From: Hyphomicrobiaceae bacterium
GTDB taxonomy: Bacteria; Pseudomonadota; Alphaproteobacteria; Rhizobiales; Hyphomicrobiaceae
Assembly (NCBI GenBank): GCA_031401535.1
Contig: JANNRP010000387.1
Coordinates: 1-62,010, forward strand
DNA length: 62,010 nucleotides
Direction of reading: 5' to 3'
The position numbers and the translations under genes were made by a program. The notes beneath the pieces were generated by a model. The model saw only the letters and a program-made list of their open reading frames with translations. It was not told where the DNA came from and did no database searches. This document shows, piece by piece, positions 37,169-47,499 of the stretch (positions within the stretch are counted from its first letter, which is position 1; each line of letters opens with the position of its first letter).

Positions 37169-37478
37169 CTGGATCTCCGAGTTGGGGCGCAACGTACCCC
37201 AATGAATATTTCCGGATGCTGCGCCGTGCGCGATTCACAATCGTTCAAATCCAGTTGAAATGATCGTGTGGTTGGCCGCCACCCATGTCGTTGACGGCGG
37301 CCTTACCCGTGCGGCCGTGACGATGTCTGTCAACTGCCTGAAAATCCCAGTCACCGAACGCTATCGCAGCGGCATATATTGCGGTGGCCGCCACCGGCAA
37401 GCCACCGCAGACACGTCAATTCGGTCGAGGACAGGTGCTAAAAATCCTTCGCGCCCCGGCTCTGTCAAGCCTAAGCGA

Positions 37479-37616
37479 TCATTTCTTTTTCTTCGGATTG
37501 TTGATGCCACCCAGCATACCCTTGCCGGGTGCGGCCGACGCCGCAACGGCGGCAGGCTGCTTGCTCGCCTTTGGCTTCTTGACTTCGCGATTGCTGCGCT
37601 TTTGCTCTTTAGCCAT
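37479..37616 (-). CDS. Small (45 aa) lysine-rich basic protein, not in the ORF track
   Basis: It reads MAKEQKRSNREVKKPKASKQPAAVAASAAPGKGMLGGINNPKKKK*. A GGAGAGAA RBS lies 7 nt upstream of the ATG at 37616. Confidence 0.55.
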   Translation of the reverse strand: MAKEQKRSNREVKKPKASKQPAAVAASAAPGKGMLGGINNPKKKK

Positions 37617-37841
37617 GGTGCTTTTCTCTCCTGAAATCGATCAACGTAGTCGGTCGCAATCCAAGCCAGGCGACAACGCGGTACGACGGCAAATAGCTAT
37701 CGCCCGAAAATCGCAAAACACAAGCTGCTTGGAATCACCCGTACTGGATAACTTCCGATATAGTTGGAACGATCCGCAGGATTAGTCGTTTCTGTATTTC
37801 TGTTCGCTGTGGACGCCCGTTGCCAAACCTGGAAACCGTCA

Positions 37842-38705
37842 GTGCTCCTTCTCACTGTTCGACATACCACAACCTATTTTTATCGTGAACCGGTCAGCCT
37901 GGGGCCACACCGTCTGATGCTGCGCCCACGCGAAAGTCGTGATCTGCGTCTGGTTTGGACCAATGTGACTGTCACACCGGCCGCCAAGGTTACCTGGGCG
38001 CACGATGTCTACGGTAACACCATCGCCACCGCAACGTTCCCAGTACTCGCCGACACGCTGGTGATTGACAGCATCTCAAAACTGGAACTGGATGCTACTG
38101 AATGGCCGGTGTTCGATATTGCAGCCACGGCCATCCGGTACCCGTTCCGATACACGGACGACGACTGGGTCGACCTTTGTGCGTTGACCCGTCCGCAATA
38201 TCCCGACACCGCTGGCCGTGTGCAGGCATGGGCTCGTGCCTTCGTTCGCTCGTCCCCAACCGACACCTTGGCGTTGCTCAAGGACTTGAGCTTGGGCGTT
38301 GCCTCGGCGGTTACTTATGTGAGCCGTGAGGACGAAGGCACCCAGTCACCGATTCAAACGCTCGATCGCGGCTACGGGTCGTGTCGAGATTTTGCCGTGC
38401 TGTTTATCGAGGCGGCACGCTGTCTGGGATTCGGCGCCCGGATCGTATCCGGCTATCTCTACAATCCCGATCAGTACCTGACCGGCTCCGCCGCCGCTGG
38501 AACAACACATGCCTGGGCCGAGATCTTCGTGCCGGGTGCTGGGTGGATCACGTTCGATCCGACCAACCGGTGCGTTGGCGGCTTCAATCTGATCCCCGTT
38601 GCCGTTGCCCGTGACATCCGTCAGGCGATGCCGGTCATCGGCAGTTTCGTCGGCGGCAGCCATGCGTTCGAGCGGATGTCGGTTGAAGTTACGGTGACGG
38701 CATAG
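37842..38705 (+). CDS. Transglutaminase-like cysteine protease family protein
   Basis: An N-terminal Bact_transglu_N-like part starts [13 protein letters not shown]. The Cys-His-Asp triad motifs are GSCRDFA, HAWAEIF and FDPTN. A GTG start at 37842 is inferred. Confidence 0.85.
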   Translation: MLLLTVRHTTTYFYREPVSLGPHRLMLRPRESRDLRLVWTNVTVTPAAKVTWAHDVYGNTIATATFPVLADTLVIDSISKLELDATEWPVFDIAATAIRYPFRYTDDDWVDLCALTRPQYPDTAGRVQAWARAFVRSSPTDTLALLKDLSLGVASAVTYVSREDEGTQSPIQTLDRGYGSCRDFAVLFIEAARCLGFGARIVSGYLYNPDQYLTGSAAAGTTHAWAEIFVPGAGWITFDPTNRCVGGFNLIPVAVARDIRQAMPVIGSFVGGSHAFERMSVEVTVTA

Positions 38706-38751
38706 ATAACGACATCGAGTGCCCCAACTTCGGACTAACCCTACATATGCG

Positions 38752-38790
38752 CCGGGCCGATCTGCTCGACTATTGAGCAGACCAGCCCGG
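38752..38790. terminator. Long imperfect hairpin between convergent genes
   Basis: CCGGGC..CTGCTC-loop-GAGCAG..GCCCGG, in the 114-bp gap between the transglutaminase and TRAP-SBP stops. Confidence 0.4.
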
Positions 38791-38819
38791 TAACGATTTC
38801 GACGTTTCTACGTCGTCCG

Positions 38820-39956
<1,137 letters not shown>

Positions 39957-40001
39957 TTAGACGACAGCAGAGAATTGCACGTTGAGACGAAAATGGGATG
40001 C

Positions 40002-40604
40002 CTAATCGTTATCCGAGGCACCGGCGCCGGCGCCCGAAATGCGGGATTGCGTGCTTGCCGACACATATGTTCGAGCCGCCAAAGCATTGATACGCACCCA
40101 CACATCGGAAACGAGCCTACAACCATCGTGGCGCAACGGCCAGTGCGTGACATTGGGCGCAGGTGCGGCATCCGATCGTGCAATCCGCAGTCCGGCACCG
40201 GCTGACAATCGAGCCAGGTGCGACAGCGCTTCAGGTGATCCATGCAAGCCGCCCTGTGCGAACCAAATCTGGTGGTGGTTATATTCCACGGTGATCACAC
40301 CAGCGTCATGCGCCAGCCGCGCCAGGAAGGGCAACAACAGCACCGGCGATCGCACGGCATCGAGCCTAACCGAACCCGGAACGCCGCCATGATCCGAGAT
40401 CAAGGCACCCATCGCAATGGGACAGCCAGATGCCCGATTGGGAGGCGCATCCAATAGCGCGAGGAGCGCGCAGCCAAAATCGATACCACGACCGGCAAGC
40501 CAGCGCGCGGCGATCGCGGCTTCCTCAGCCAGCCCCCAACTCATGCCAACCCCACGCGCCGCCTTGAAGACCGTTCCTTCGATTTCGTTGAGCGACAGAA
40601 TCAT
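40002..40604 (-). CDS. DUF3726-like protein
   Basis: 200 aa, starting MILSLNEIEGTVFKAARGVGMSWGLAEEAA, which resembles DUF3726. Its ATG overlaps the upstream stop (ATGA). Confidence 0.6.
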   Translation of the reverse strand: MILSLNEIEGTVFKAARGVGMSWGLAEEAAIAARWLAGRGIDFGCALLALLDAPPNRASGCPIAMGALISDHGGVPGSVRLDAVRSPVLLLPFLARLAHDAGVITVEYNHHQIWFAQGGLHGSPEALSHLARLSAGAGLRIARSDAAPAPNVTHWPLRHDGCRLVSDVWVRINALAARTYVSASTQSRISGAGAGASDND

Positions 40605-42301
40605 GCGGGGGAGAGGCCGGAGGTAGCCCAGATCCAGCCATCATCGCCGTTCAGCAACTCATCGGGGAATGGTGCGCCCTGGCACAGCGTGATGCGCAGC
40701 CACTTGTCGGAACGCGGGTCGAACCGCGTGACGCCGAAGAACGACAGCTTGCACCGCAGCAGGTCGATCGGCCGCATCGTCGATGATATCAGATTGTCGC
40801 GCACCTCGCCGTAGGGATGGTGCAAGGCTGCCTGCACGCGCCGCACGACATGGCGATGCTCCGGATGGCGCAGCAGGAACGCCGCCAGCAGCTCATCGGA
40901 AGGTTCGCGCTCCAGTGCCACATAGAGCGAACCTATATCGCGCGCGATGGCCAGCGGCTGCTCCAGATCGCTACCGGCCTCCTCCCAGCGCTCGCCAAGA
41001 CGCGGCTCGAGCTTTTCCTCCGACACATACCAAAAGCGCGCTTGCGCCTCTTTGATATCAAAATCTATTGCCAGCGCCCAATGGTAGCCGTCCGCCAGTG
41101 CCGCTCTTAATTGCCCACACGACTGTCGGCCGGCGATGCGAAAGACAGCGCTCTCATCCACGTCCATAGTGTCTGCGAGATCGTCGATCAGCGCGCCGTG
41201 TGGCTCGAGAAGCAAGGAGACCAGCAGTTCTTGCGCCTCGAGCGACAACCGGCTTTCCGCCCAGCGATAAAGCCGATCCCACGGCATCGGCTGATCCAGC
41301 GCGCCCGATTCCACGTGTGCCCGCAGCTCGGCGAGGTCGGTGGCCAGCACAGGCAACCGCGCGGCCTGCACGGCATCATCCGTCGTCCAGTGAGCGAGCC
41401 CGGCAGCGGCAGCCGCCAATGTATCGGCAAACACCTTGCGGGTTTTGCCAGCAGCAGTTTCAATAGTGCGAACCCGTGCGAGGGCAGTCTCCCGTGCGTT
41501 GATCCAGCGGTCGATCAGTGCTGGATGCTTGATCAGAAACGGCGCCATGCCGAGCCCGGTGGCATTGCCGACGCCGATGCGCCGCCGCACCGGCGGGTCC
41601 ACCACAACGGCGCGGTCGCCGCCTGACAGATGCGCCATATGCTCGACGAGATCGACCGTGAACGCGCGAATCAACCAGACGGTCAGCATTTCGGCGCGGA
41701 AGGGCCCTTTCATTTCTGGTCGGTTGGCATAGACATCACGATCGGCGATCCCGAACTTACCGTTGCCATAGACCGCCGTGGTCCGCATCAGATAGCCGAC
41801 AGTTTCGATCTTGGTCGGTTCAGGCTGGCGGCCCTGACTGAGGCATGCCACGATTTCATCAAACAGCCGCACGCTCCGGTTGGCGCGTGCCAATACCAGA
41901 TCAGACGACAGATAACGACCCGCCTCCTGGCGCGGCACGTTTGCCCGTAGCCGCTCAATCTCGATCGCATCAGGAATGCCGTCATAAAGTGCAAACGTCG
42001 CATCCCATGCCTCCGCGATGACGCGGTCGGTGCGCTGCTCGGCGGGAAGGTCGTGGCCAAAACAGACAAGGGTGTAGGCATGCTGCGGGCCATGGGCAAT
42101 GTAAAGCCCGGTGCCGACACCTTTGGCATCGAAGTTGAACAACGGTCGATCGATGCGCCAGCCCTCGTGCGACAACCGCCGCACCATCGCACGCACGAAG
42201 CTCAATCGCGTTTGGTGAAACGCGCCCATGCGGTCGAGCCGCATCACCTGATCCGGTGATCTGAGCCCCCTTCCCTCGACGCCATCGCACACTGCTCGCA
42301 T
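40601..42301 (-). CDS. Large conserved hypothetical protein (566 aa), no recognisable domain
   Basis: Uninterrupted ORF. An AAGGAG RBS overlaps the stop of the upstream methyltransferase gene. It is translationally coupled to the DUF3726 gene. Confidence 0.7.
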   Translation of the reverse strand: MRAVCDGVEGRGLRSPDQVMRLDRMGAFHQTRLSFVRAMVRRLSHEGWRIDRPLFNFDAKGVGTGLYIAHGPQHAYTLVCFGHDLPAEQRTDRVIAEAWDATFALYDGIPDAIEIERLRANVPRQEAGRYLSSDLVLARANRSVRLFDEIVACLSQGRQPEPTKIETVGYLMRTTAVYGNGKFGIADRDVYANRPEMKGPFRAEMLTVWLIRAFTVDLVEHMAHLSGGDRAVVVDPPVRRRIGVGNATGLGMAPFLIKHPALIDRWINARETALARVRTIETAAGKTRKVFADTLAAAAAGLAHWTTDDAVQAARLPVLATDLAELRAHVESGALDQPMPWDRLYRWAESRLSLEAQELLVSLLLEPHGALIDDLADTMDVDESAVFRIAGRQSCGQLRAALADGYHWALAIDFDIKEAQARFWYVSEEKLEPRLGERWEEAGSDLEQPLAIARDIGSLYVALEREPSDELLAAFLLRHPEHRHVVRRVQAALHHPYGEVRDNLISSTMRPIDLLRCKLSFFGVTRFDPRSDKWLRITLCQGAPFPDELLNGDDGWIWATSGLSPA

Positions 42302-42310
42302 TGCCGGTGC

Positions 42311-43420
42311 CTACTCCTTCACGCAGATCAGATGAACGTGGATGTAGTCCATGCCGTGGCCCGAGGGGTTTGCGGCGACCATCCGCTGATAACGTCCGTA
42401 GAACTCGTCGAGAATGGCTTGACGTTCGGCCAAGGGTCGCGACGGCGACAATCCGCTGGCAAACGTCGGCTCGCTCCAGGAGCGCAGCGTCGGGATGTAT
42501 TCGATTGCGAAGCGCTCGGCGTCCTGGTGCGTTTCATAGGAGCGCGCAAACGGGCAGACGAGATGGCGCTGCTCAACGTGCTCGAGCCGCAAACCGGCGC
42601 GGTAAACGGGCCCCGACTGGTCGTGCAGCGGTGCCGTGAACTGCTCAGTCGTACGATAGACCTGCGGAAAATTCGTGTTCTGGTATTCGGCAGCCGTGAT
42701 GCGGCCCTCGCTGGCGAGCCCCTTCCACAGAGCGTCGAAGGTGTCAAACATCGACACGCCCCCGGTGCTACCAAGGTAGCGGCCCTGGTCGTCGATACCG
42801 AAATTGAGCAGGCACAAGCGTCCGCCGCGCTTCAGCTCACGGGCGCGATAGTGCAGCATCCGCTCCCATTCGATGGCGCCGGTCTGATCATAGGCGCGGC
42901 GTTCCTCGCCGACGGCACCGACCATGTGGACGTGATTGGAGATATTGACCGGCACCTTGGAGATATAATGCGACGCCGTTGCCGAGAATGCCAGATCGAC
43001 AGTGGCGGGCGCGAAGATCGCCTGATGGAACGACGTGCCCGACGCAAACGGGTAGACCTCCGCTATCTCGCCGTAATAGCTCTTGATATCAGTCTGCCCG
43101 TGGATCATCCGGAACAACTGGCTGAAGTCATTGCGCGGTAAATCAGTATAGACGATTTCGATCGGTCGGGTGGAGAGCTTTGCCCGCATGTGTCCCAGCA
43201 CCCGGCGCCACATCTCGACCGAGGTGCCACCATCCGCACAGCCCATGTCGGAAACGCGGATCGGATACGGATCATCGGCCTTTAGATCCATGCGGTCGAT
43301 GGCGCCGGTCAATAGCGGGGCCGCCGCGATCATCACATCGCGCGCACCAGTCGTCGCCTTCGAATAGTAGCCATCCCCCTTCATCGCCATGAAGCCGGCA
43401 GTCTCTGCTTTCAACGTCAT
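42311..43420 (-). CDS. SABATH-like (Methyltransf_7) SAM-dependent carboxyl methyltransferase
   Basis: N-terminal MKGDGYYSKATTGARDVM parallels the plant M-x-GG-x-G-xxSY-xxNS motif. DMGCADGGTS serves as the SAM motif. RBS GGGGAGA. Confidence 0.7.
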   Translation of the reverse strand: MTLKAETAGFMAMKGDGYYSKATTGARDVMIAAAPLLTGAIDRMDLKADDPYPIRVSDMGCADGGTSVEMWRRVLGHMRAKLSTRPIEIVYTDLPRNDFSQLFRMIHGQTDIKSYYGEIAEVYPFASGTSFHQAIFAPATVDLAFSATASHYISKVPVNISNHVHMVGAVGEERRAYDQTGAIEWERMLHYRARELKRGGRLCLLNFGIDDQGRYLGSTGGVSMFDTFDALWKGLASEGRITAAEYQNTNFPQVYRTTEQFTAPLHDQSGPVYRAGLRLEHVEQRHLVCPFARSYETHQDAERFAIEYIPTLRSWSEPTFASGLSPSRPLAERQAILDEFYGRYQRMVAANPSGHGMDYIHVHLICVKE

Positions 43421-43454
43421 TGCGCGTCAGTCTCCCCTTGCACTAGCCAGCCGA

Positions 43455-44465
43455 CTATCCCTGCAGCCGCATCACAATTTCGTGGATGCCTGCATCGACG
43501 GCGACGCCGTTCGCATCCGATTTGAGGCGCCGCCCCTGCCGACCGCTACCGGGTAGATGCGCGCCAGCCTCAGCCGTCATGGCATCAACGAGCATCTCCA
43601 AGCGCTCGGAAAACAGTCCGCCGGACGAGGCGTCAGGATCGATCGCGATAAAGAACTGCCCGGTTTTCGGCGGGCCGCCCGCATTGCCACCGAACGGGCT
43701 TGCCTTCGCCCCGATCGTTGCACCGGCTAGGCATGCCGCCATCAACTCGACAAGCAGCGCCGTGCCAACCCCCTTATAACCGCCAGCCGGCACCATCGTA
43801 CCCTTGAGGCCGATGACAGGATCGGTCGTTGGCGTTCCGTCGGGATCGAGCGCCCAACCGAGCGGGATCGCTTCGCCCTTGCGGGCCGCTTTCATCACTT
43901 CGCTCTTGGCAACCGTGCTGGCGCTCTGGTCGATCGAGATGGCGGCACCGCCCCGACCGTCTGGAACGCTGATCGACCAGGGGTTGGTGCCGAGCACCGC
44001 CTTCTTGGCGCCCGACGGGGCGATCGAGGCCGGGGCATTGGTGAACCCCAGACCAACCAAGCCTTCGCAGGCCAGCCGCTCGGTGTGATAACCGAGCACA
44101 CCACAGTTATAGGAATTGCGGATGCTCATAGCAGCGATGCCCTGGGTGCGCGCCAGTGGCATCAGGGCGGCAAACCCTCGATCGATGGCGTAATGGGCAA
44201 ATCCCGATCCGGCATCGACCGTGACAAGTGCCGACTTCGGCTTGGCGACCTTGGGTTCGGCCGATCCGATCACGCGGCCATGGGTGAGGTGATCGCAATA
44301 GGTGCCCAGATATGCGAGACCATGCGAGGCCAGTCCGTCACGCTCAGCGCTGGCGATAGCTCGCGCAAGGCTTGCGGCGCTCTCCCGCCTGCATCCGGCC
44401 CGCTCGAGTGCCGTGCGAGCAAGATGCTCGATTTCGGCAACTTTGAGCACCACTGGTTCAGCCAT
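43455..44465 (-). CDS. Ldh_2 family (malate/L-lactate/sulfolactate dehydrogenase type 2) oxidoreductase
   Basis: Family pattern HGLAYLGTY...NPWSI..P...AISIDQSAS...KG.GTALLVE. The ATG at 44465 is preceded by AAGGAGAA. Confidence 0.8.
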   Translation of the reverse strand: MAEPVVLKVAEIEHLARTALERAGCRRESAASLARAIASAERDGLASHGLAYLGTYCDHLTHGRVIGSAEPKVAKPKSALVTVDAGSGFAHYAIDRGFAALMPLARTQGIAAMSIRNSYNCGVLGYHTERLACEGLVGLGFTNAPASIAPSGAKKAVLGTNPWSISVPDGRGGAAISIDQSASTVAKSEVMKAARKGEAIPLGWALDPDGTPTTDPVIGLKGTMVPAGGYKGVGTALLVELMAACLAGATIGAKASPFGGNAGGPPKTGQFFIAIDPDASSGGLFSERLEMLVDAMTAEAGAHLPGSGRQGRRLKSDANGVAVDAGIHEIVMRLQG

Positions 44466-44479
44466 CGGTCCGTTCTCCT

Positions 44480-45454
44480 TCAAACGCCGACGGCGAATGC
44501 GTCGCCGTAAAAGCGACGCCAATTACCGCCCATCACCTTATCTGCATCGGTGACACTGAAGCCCGCTTCGATCAGTGCCGCACGGATATGCGGCCAGTCC
44601 CGGTTGTCGCGAAACCAATGCGGCTGCGGCGGGAAGCCTTCGCCAGCTTTGGCACCGGCACCGGCTTGTGTTGTCTTGGTCCAACGTCCATCGCGCATCC
44701 AAAACACGACGCTATCGGGTTGATCCTGACACAGGTCCGAACCGATTCCGATATGATCGACGCCGATCTCGTCGGCAAGTCGTGCCGCCATTTCGGCAAA
44801 ACTCGTGACCGCGCATGCCGAACCGTCCTTCAAATGATGCGGATAGAGCGACAACCCCAACATGCCACCGCTGTCGGCCAACGCCTTCAGCACCGCATCC
44901 GATTTGTTGCGCACGGCTGGTCGCCACCAATGGGGGTTGGCGTGTGTGATCGCGATCGGCCGTTGCGAAGCTGCTATCGCCTCCAAAGTCGAGCGCTCGC
45001 CCGAGTGGGACATATCGATCAGGAAACCCAATCGGTTCATCTCGGCGATGACTTCTCGACCCATGCGCGTTATGCCGCCGTCGACCGGCTCATAGCACCC
45101 TGCCCCCAGCAGCGACTGGTTGTTGTAGGTCAGTTGCATGACGCGGACGCCAAGCTGATGCAAGATCTGCAGCAGCCCGATATCGTCCTCGATCGGTGAA
45201 CAGTTCTGCAGGGCAAAAAACACCGCCGTACGCCCCGATTGGGCCGCGGTATCGATGTCGCCTGCCGACCTGCCGGGGACGATCAGATCGCCATGCCGCT
45301 CGAACCGGCGGTTCCAGTCGACCAGATGTTCGACAGTTTCGCGGAAGTCCTCGTGGTAGGCGATGGTGACCGTGATGGCTGAAACGCGCCCCTCGACCAA
45401 CTGACGTAAAATTAGTTCCGACCAGTTGCAGTACTGGCAGGCATCAACGATCAA
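44480..45454 (-). CDS. Peptidase M19 (renal/membrane dipeptidase family)
   Basis: IVDACQYCNW, IDMSHSGERS, ITHANP and IGIGSD metal-ligand-region motifs. The start is uncertain (TTG 45454 inferred; ORF opens at 45547). Confidence 0.8.
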   Translation of the reverse strand: MIVDACQYCNWSELILRQLVEGRVSAITVTIAYHEDFRETVEHLVDWNRRFERHGDLIVPGRSAGDIDTAAQSGRTAVFFALQNCSPIEDDIGLLQILHQLGVRVMQLTYNNQSLLGAGCYEPVDGGITRMGREVIAEMNRLGFLIDMSHSGERSTLEAIAASQRPIAITHANPHWWRPAVRNKSDAVLKALADSGGMLGLSLYPHHLKDGSACAVTSFAEMAARLADEIGVDHIGIGSDLCQDQPDSVVFWMRDGRWTKTTQAGAGAKAGEGFPPQPHWFRDNRDWPHIRAALIEAGFSVTDADKVMGGNWRRFYGDAFAVGV

Positions 45455-45663
45455 CGAGCGGGACTGACTTGCAGGCGACACGCGGCGGCACCTTTGAAGT
45501 TGGCAAAGCGGTACAAATCCGCCTGAGTGCAACCCTGCCCGCGCCAAACGTCAAGTGAGATTTGGGCGCAACAGGTATCTGCCGTCGCCAGACCATCCCG
45601 CCGACGCTGTCGCATCGAGTCGCAAAACTTATGGCCTATGAAAACGCTGCAACAAAATCGGCA

Positions 45664-46021
45664 TGGTGCGGACGGCGGGACTTGAACCCGCATGACCTTA
45701 CGGCCAACGGATTTTCGCACCACTTCGACTTTCGCCGCCGTGCACTTCGTAACGAAGGCACGTTCGTGGTCCGGACTATCCCTTCGCCGTGCGGCAAGGT
45801 TCCCCTCACCATTTAGGCGCCGCCCGTCTAGTCTCTACACCTTCCCGCGTGCAGCCTTGACGGCCAACGCAGGCTTGGCTCGGGATTAGCACGCCCTTGA
45901 TCACTCAAGGGCCATCAGCCTTCCCCGACTTTGAGCGGTTCTGCACCGGCGATTTCCCACCGGGCACTCAAATTCCGTCTCGATTTAAGTCCGTTGCGTC
46001 TACCGATTTCGCCACGTCCGC
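45664..46021 (-). tRNA. tRNA-Leu (UAA) gene interrupted by a group I intron
   Basis: The 5' exon (45987-46021, reverse complement) is GCGGACGTGGCGAAATCGGTAGACGCAACGGACTT. The 3' exon (45664-45715) is AAAATCCGTTGGCCGTAAGGTCATGCGGGTTCAAGTCCCGCCGTCCGCACCA. Joined, they form an 87-nt class II cloverleaf with loop CTTAAAA. Confidence 0.93.
45716..45986 (-). ncRNA. Group I (IC3-like) intron in the tRNA-Leu anticodon loop, no ORF
   Basis: Inserted between U34 and A35. It follows an exon U and ends in G. Core blocks AAUCCCGAGCCAAGCC and GGGAAGGUGUAGAGACUAGACGG match the cyanobacterial tRNA-Leu and Azoarcus introns as I recall them. Confidence 0.9.
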
Positions 46022-46150
46022 AAACCATGCCGATTGCCCTCATAGCGGCTTCGCGGCCTGCATACCAGCTTTCAGTAGAAAGCGCTGACAAGTCGCCGCG
46101 CATTAGCTAGAACGCTTCGCAACAGTCATTGTGGCTATGGGAGACGCGTT

Positions 46151-47035
46151 ATGGCGAACGTTGCTTGGATCGGCTTGGGCGTAATGGGCTACCCGATGGC
46201 GGGGCATCTGGCGAAAAAGGGCGGTCATACCCTCACCGTTTACAACCGCAATGCTTCCAAGGCCGACGCCTGGGTCACGGAATACGGCGGCGGCAAAACC
46301 GCAGCGACACCTGCCGCTGCTGCTGCCGGTGCGGACTTCGTATTCTCATGTGTCGGCAACGACCGGGATCTGCGCGCGATCACGCTGGGCAAGGACGGCG
46401 CATTCGCGGGCATGAAGAAGGGCGCGATCTTCATCGACAATACCACCGCCTCCGCCGACGTCGCCCGCGAATTGGACGCAGCCGCCACCGCTGGCGGTTT
46501 CGGCTTCCTCGATGCGCCCGTCTCCGGCGGCCAGGCCGGTGCGGTCAATGGCGTGCTGACGGTGATGGTCGGAGGCAAGAAGGACGTATTCGAACGCGCG
46601 CAGCCAGTTATTGCCAACTTCGCCCGTATGGTGACGCTGATCGGACCGGCGGGCGCCGGGCAGTTGACCAAGATGGTGAACCAGATCTGCATCGCGGGCC
46701 TCGTGCAGGGCTTGGCCGAAGGCATCCACTTTGCCCAGAAGGCCGGTCTCGACGTGCCGGCCGTGATGGAAACGATCGCGAAGGGTGCAGCCGGCTCCTG
46801 GCAAATGGAAAATCGTTGGAAGACAATGGAGGCAAACAAGTTCGACTTCGGCTTCGCCGTCGACTGGATGCGCAAGGACCTGTCGATATGTCTCGATGAA
46901 TCGCGCCGCAACGGCGCGAGCCTGCCGGTGGCAGCCCTCGTCGACCAGTTTTATTCCGAGGTGCAGAAAATGGGTGGCGCCCGTTGGGATACGTCAAGCC
47001 TGATTGCGCGTCTCAACAACGCCGACAAGAAGTGA
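46151..47035 (+). CDS. NAD(P)-dependent oxidoreductase, 3-hydroxyisobutyrate/6-phosphogluconate dehydrogenase-like
   Basis: VAWIGLGVMGYPMAGHL Rossmann motif, DAPVSGG, and a catalytic Lys region. Confidence 0.85.
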   Translation: MANVAWIGLGVMGYPMAGHLAKKGGHTLTVYNRNASKADAWVTEYGGGKTAATPAAAAAGADFVFSCVGNDRDLRAITLGKDGAFAGMKKGAIFIDNTTASADVARELDAAATAGGFGFLDAPVSGGQAGAVNGVLTVMVGGKKDVFERAQPVIANFARMVTLIGPAGAGQLTKMVNQICIAGLVQGLAEGIHFAQKAGLDVPAVMETIAKGAAGSWQMENRWKTMEANKFDFGFAVDWMRKDLSICLDESRRNGASLPVAALVDQFYSEVQKMGGARWDTSSLIARLNNADKK

Positions 47036-47043
47036 GCTGACCG

Positions 47044-47499
47044 TTGAGCAAGAATCCGTCCCCGCGCGACGTCATTACCTTCATGGCGGAGCGCAACGCT
47101 GTCTTCCGTCACCTCCAGATCGAGGTGCTCGAAGCCGTACGTGGCCGCTCGCGTTTTGCCATGGTCGTGCGGCCTGAATTGACTAACACGTTCGATACGT
47201 TGCACGGCGGCATGATCTTCGCGCTGGCCGACATGACGTTCGGCTTCACCTGCAATTCAGCTAACGAACGGGCAGTGACTGGTGGCGCGTCGATCGAAAT
47301 GCTGGCCTCGCCACGGGTCGGCGATCGGGTCATCTCGGAAGCGATTGAGGTATATCGCGAAGGGCGCAACTGCCTGCTGGACGTGAAACTCTGGATCGAG
47401 CGTGGTCACGGCACGCCACCGACCGTCGTCGCCCACGTCCGTGGCCGGATGCGGTTGATCGGCGGCAAGGTCGTGGAACCTGAGGTGATCGAGGTATGA
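47044..47499 (+). CDS. PaaI-family hotdog thioesterase
   Basis: The HGGMIFALAD motif. TTG start per the ORF track. Confidence 0.75.
   Translation: MSKNPSPRDVITFMAERNAVFRHLQIEVLEAVRGRSRFAMVVRPELTNTFDTLHGGMIFALADMTFGFTCNSANERAVTGGASIEMLASPRVGDRVISEAIEVYREGRNCLLDVKLWIERGHGTPPTVVAHVRGRMRLIGGKVVEPEVIEV

Noticed and set aside
45451-46103. Five track ORFs crossing the tRNA-Leu locus (45451-45723, 45562-45816, 45692-45889, 45897-46088, 45915-46103), considered as a possible intron-encoded homing endonuclease.
   Set aside because: They run through tRNA exons and conserved intron core helices. They show no LAGLIDADG, GIY-YIG or HNH motifs, and the intron is only 271 nt.
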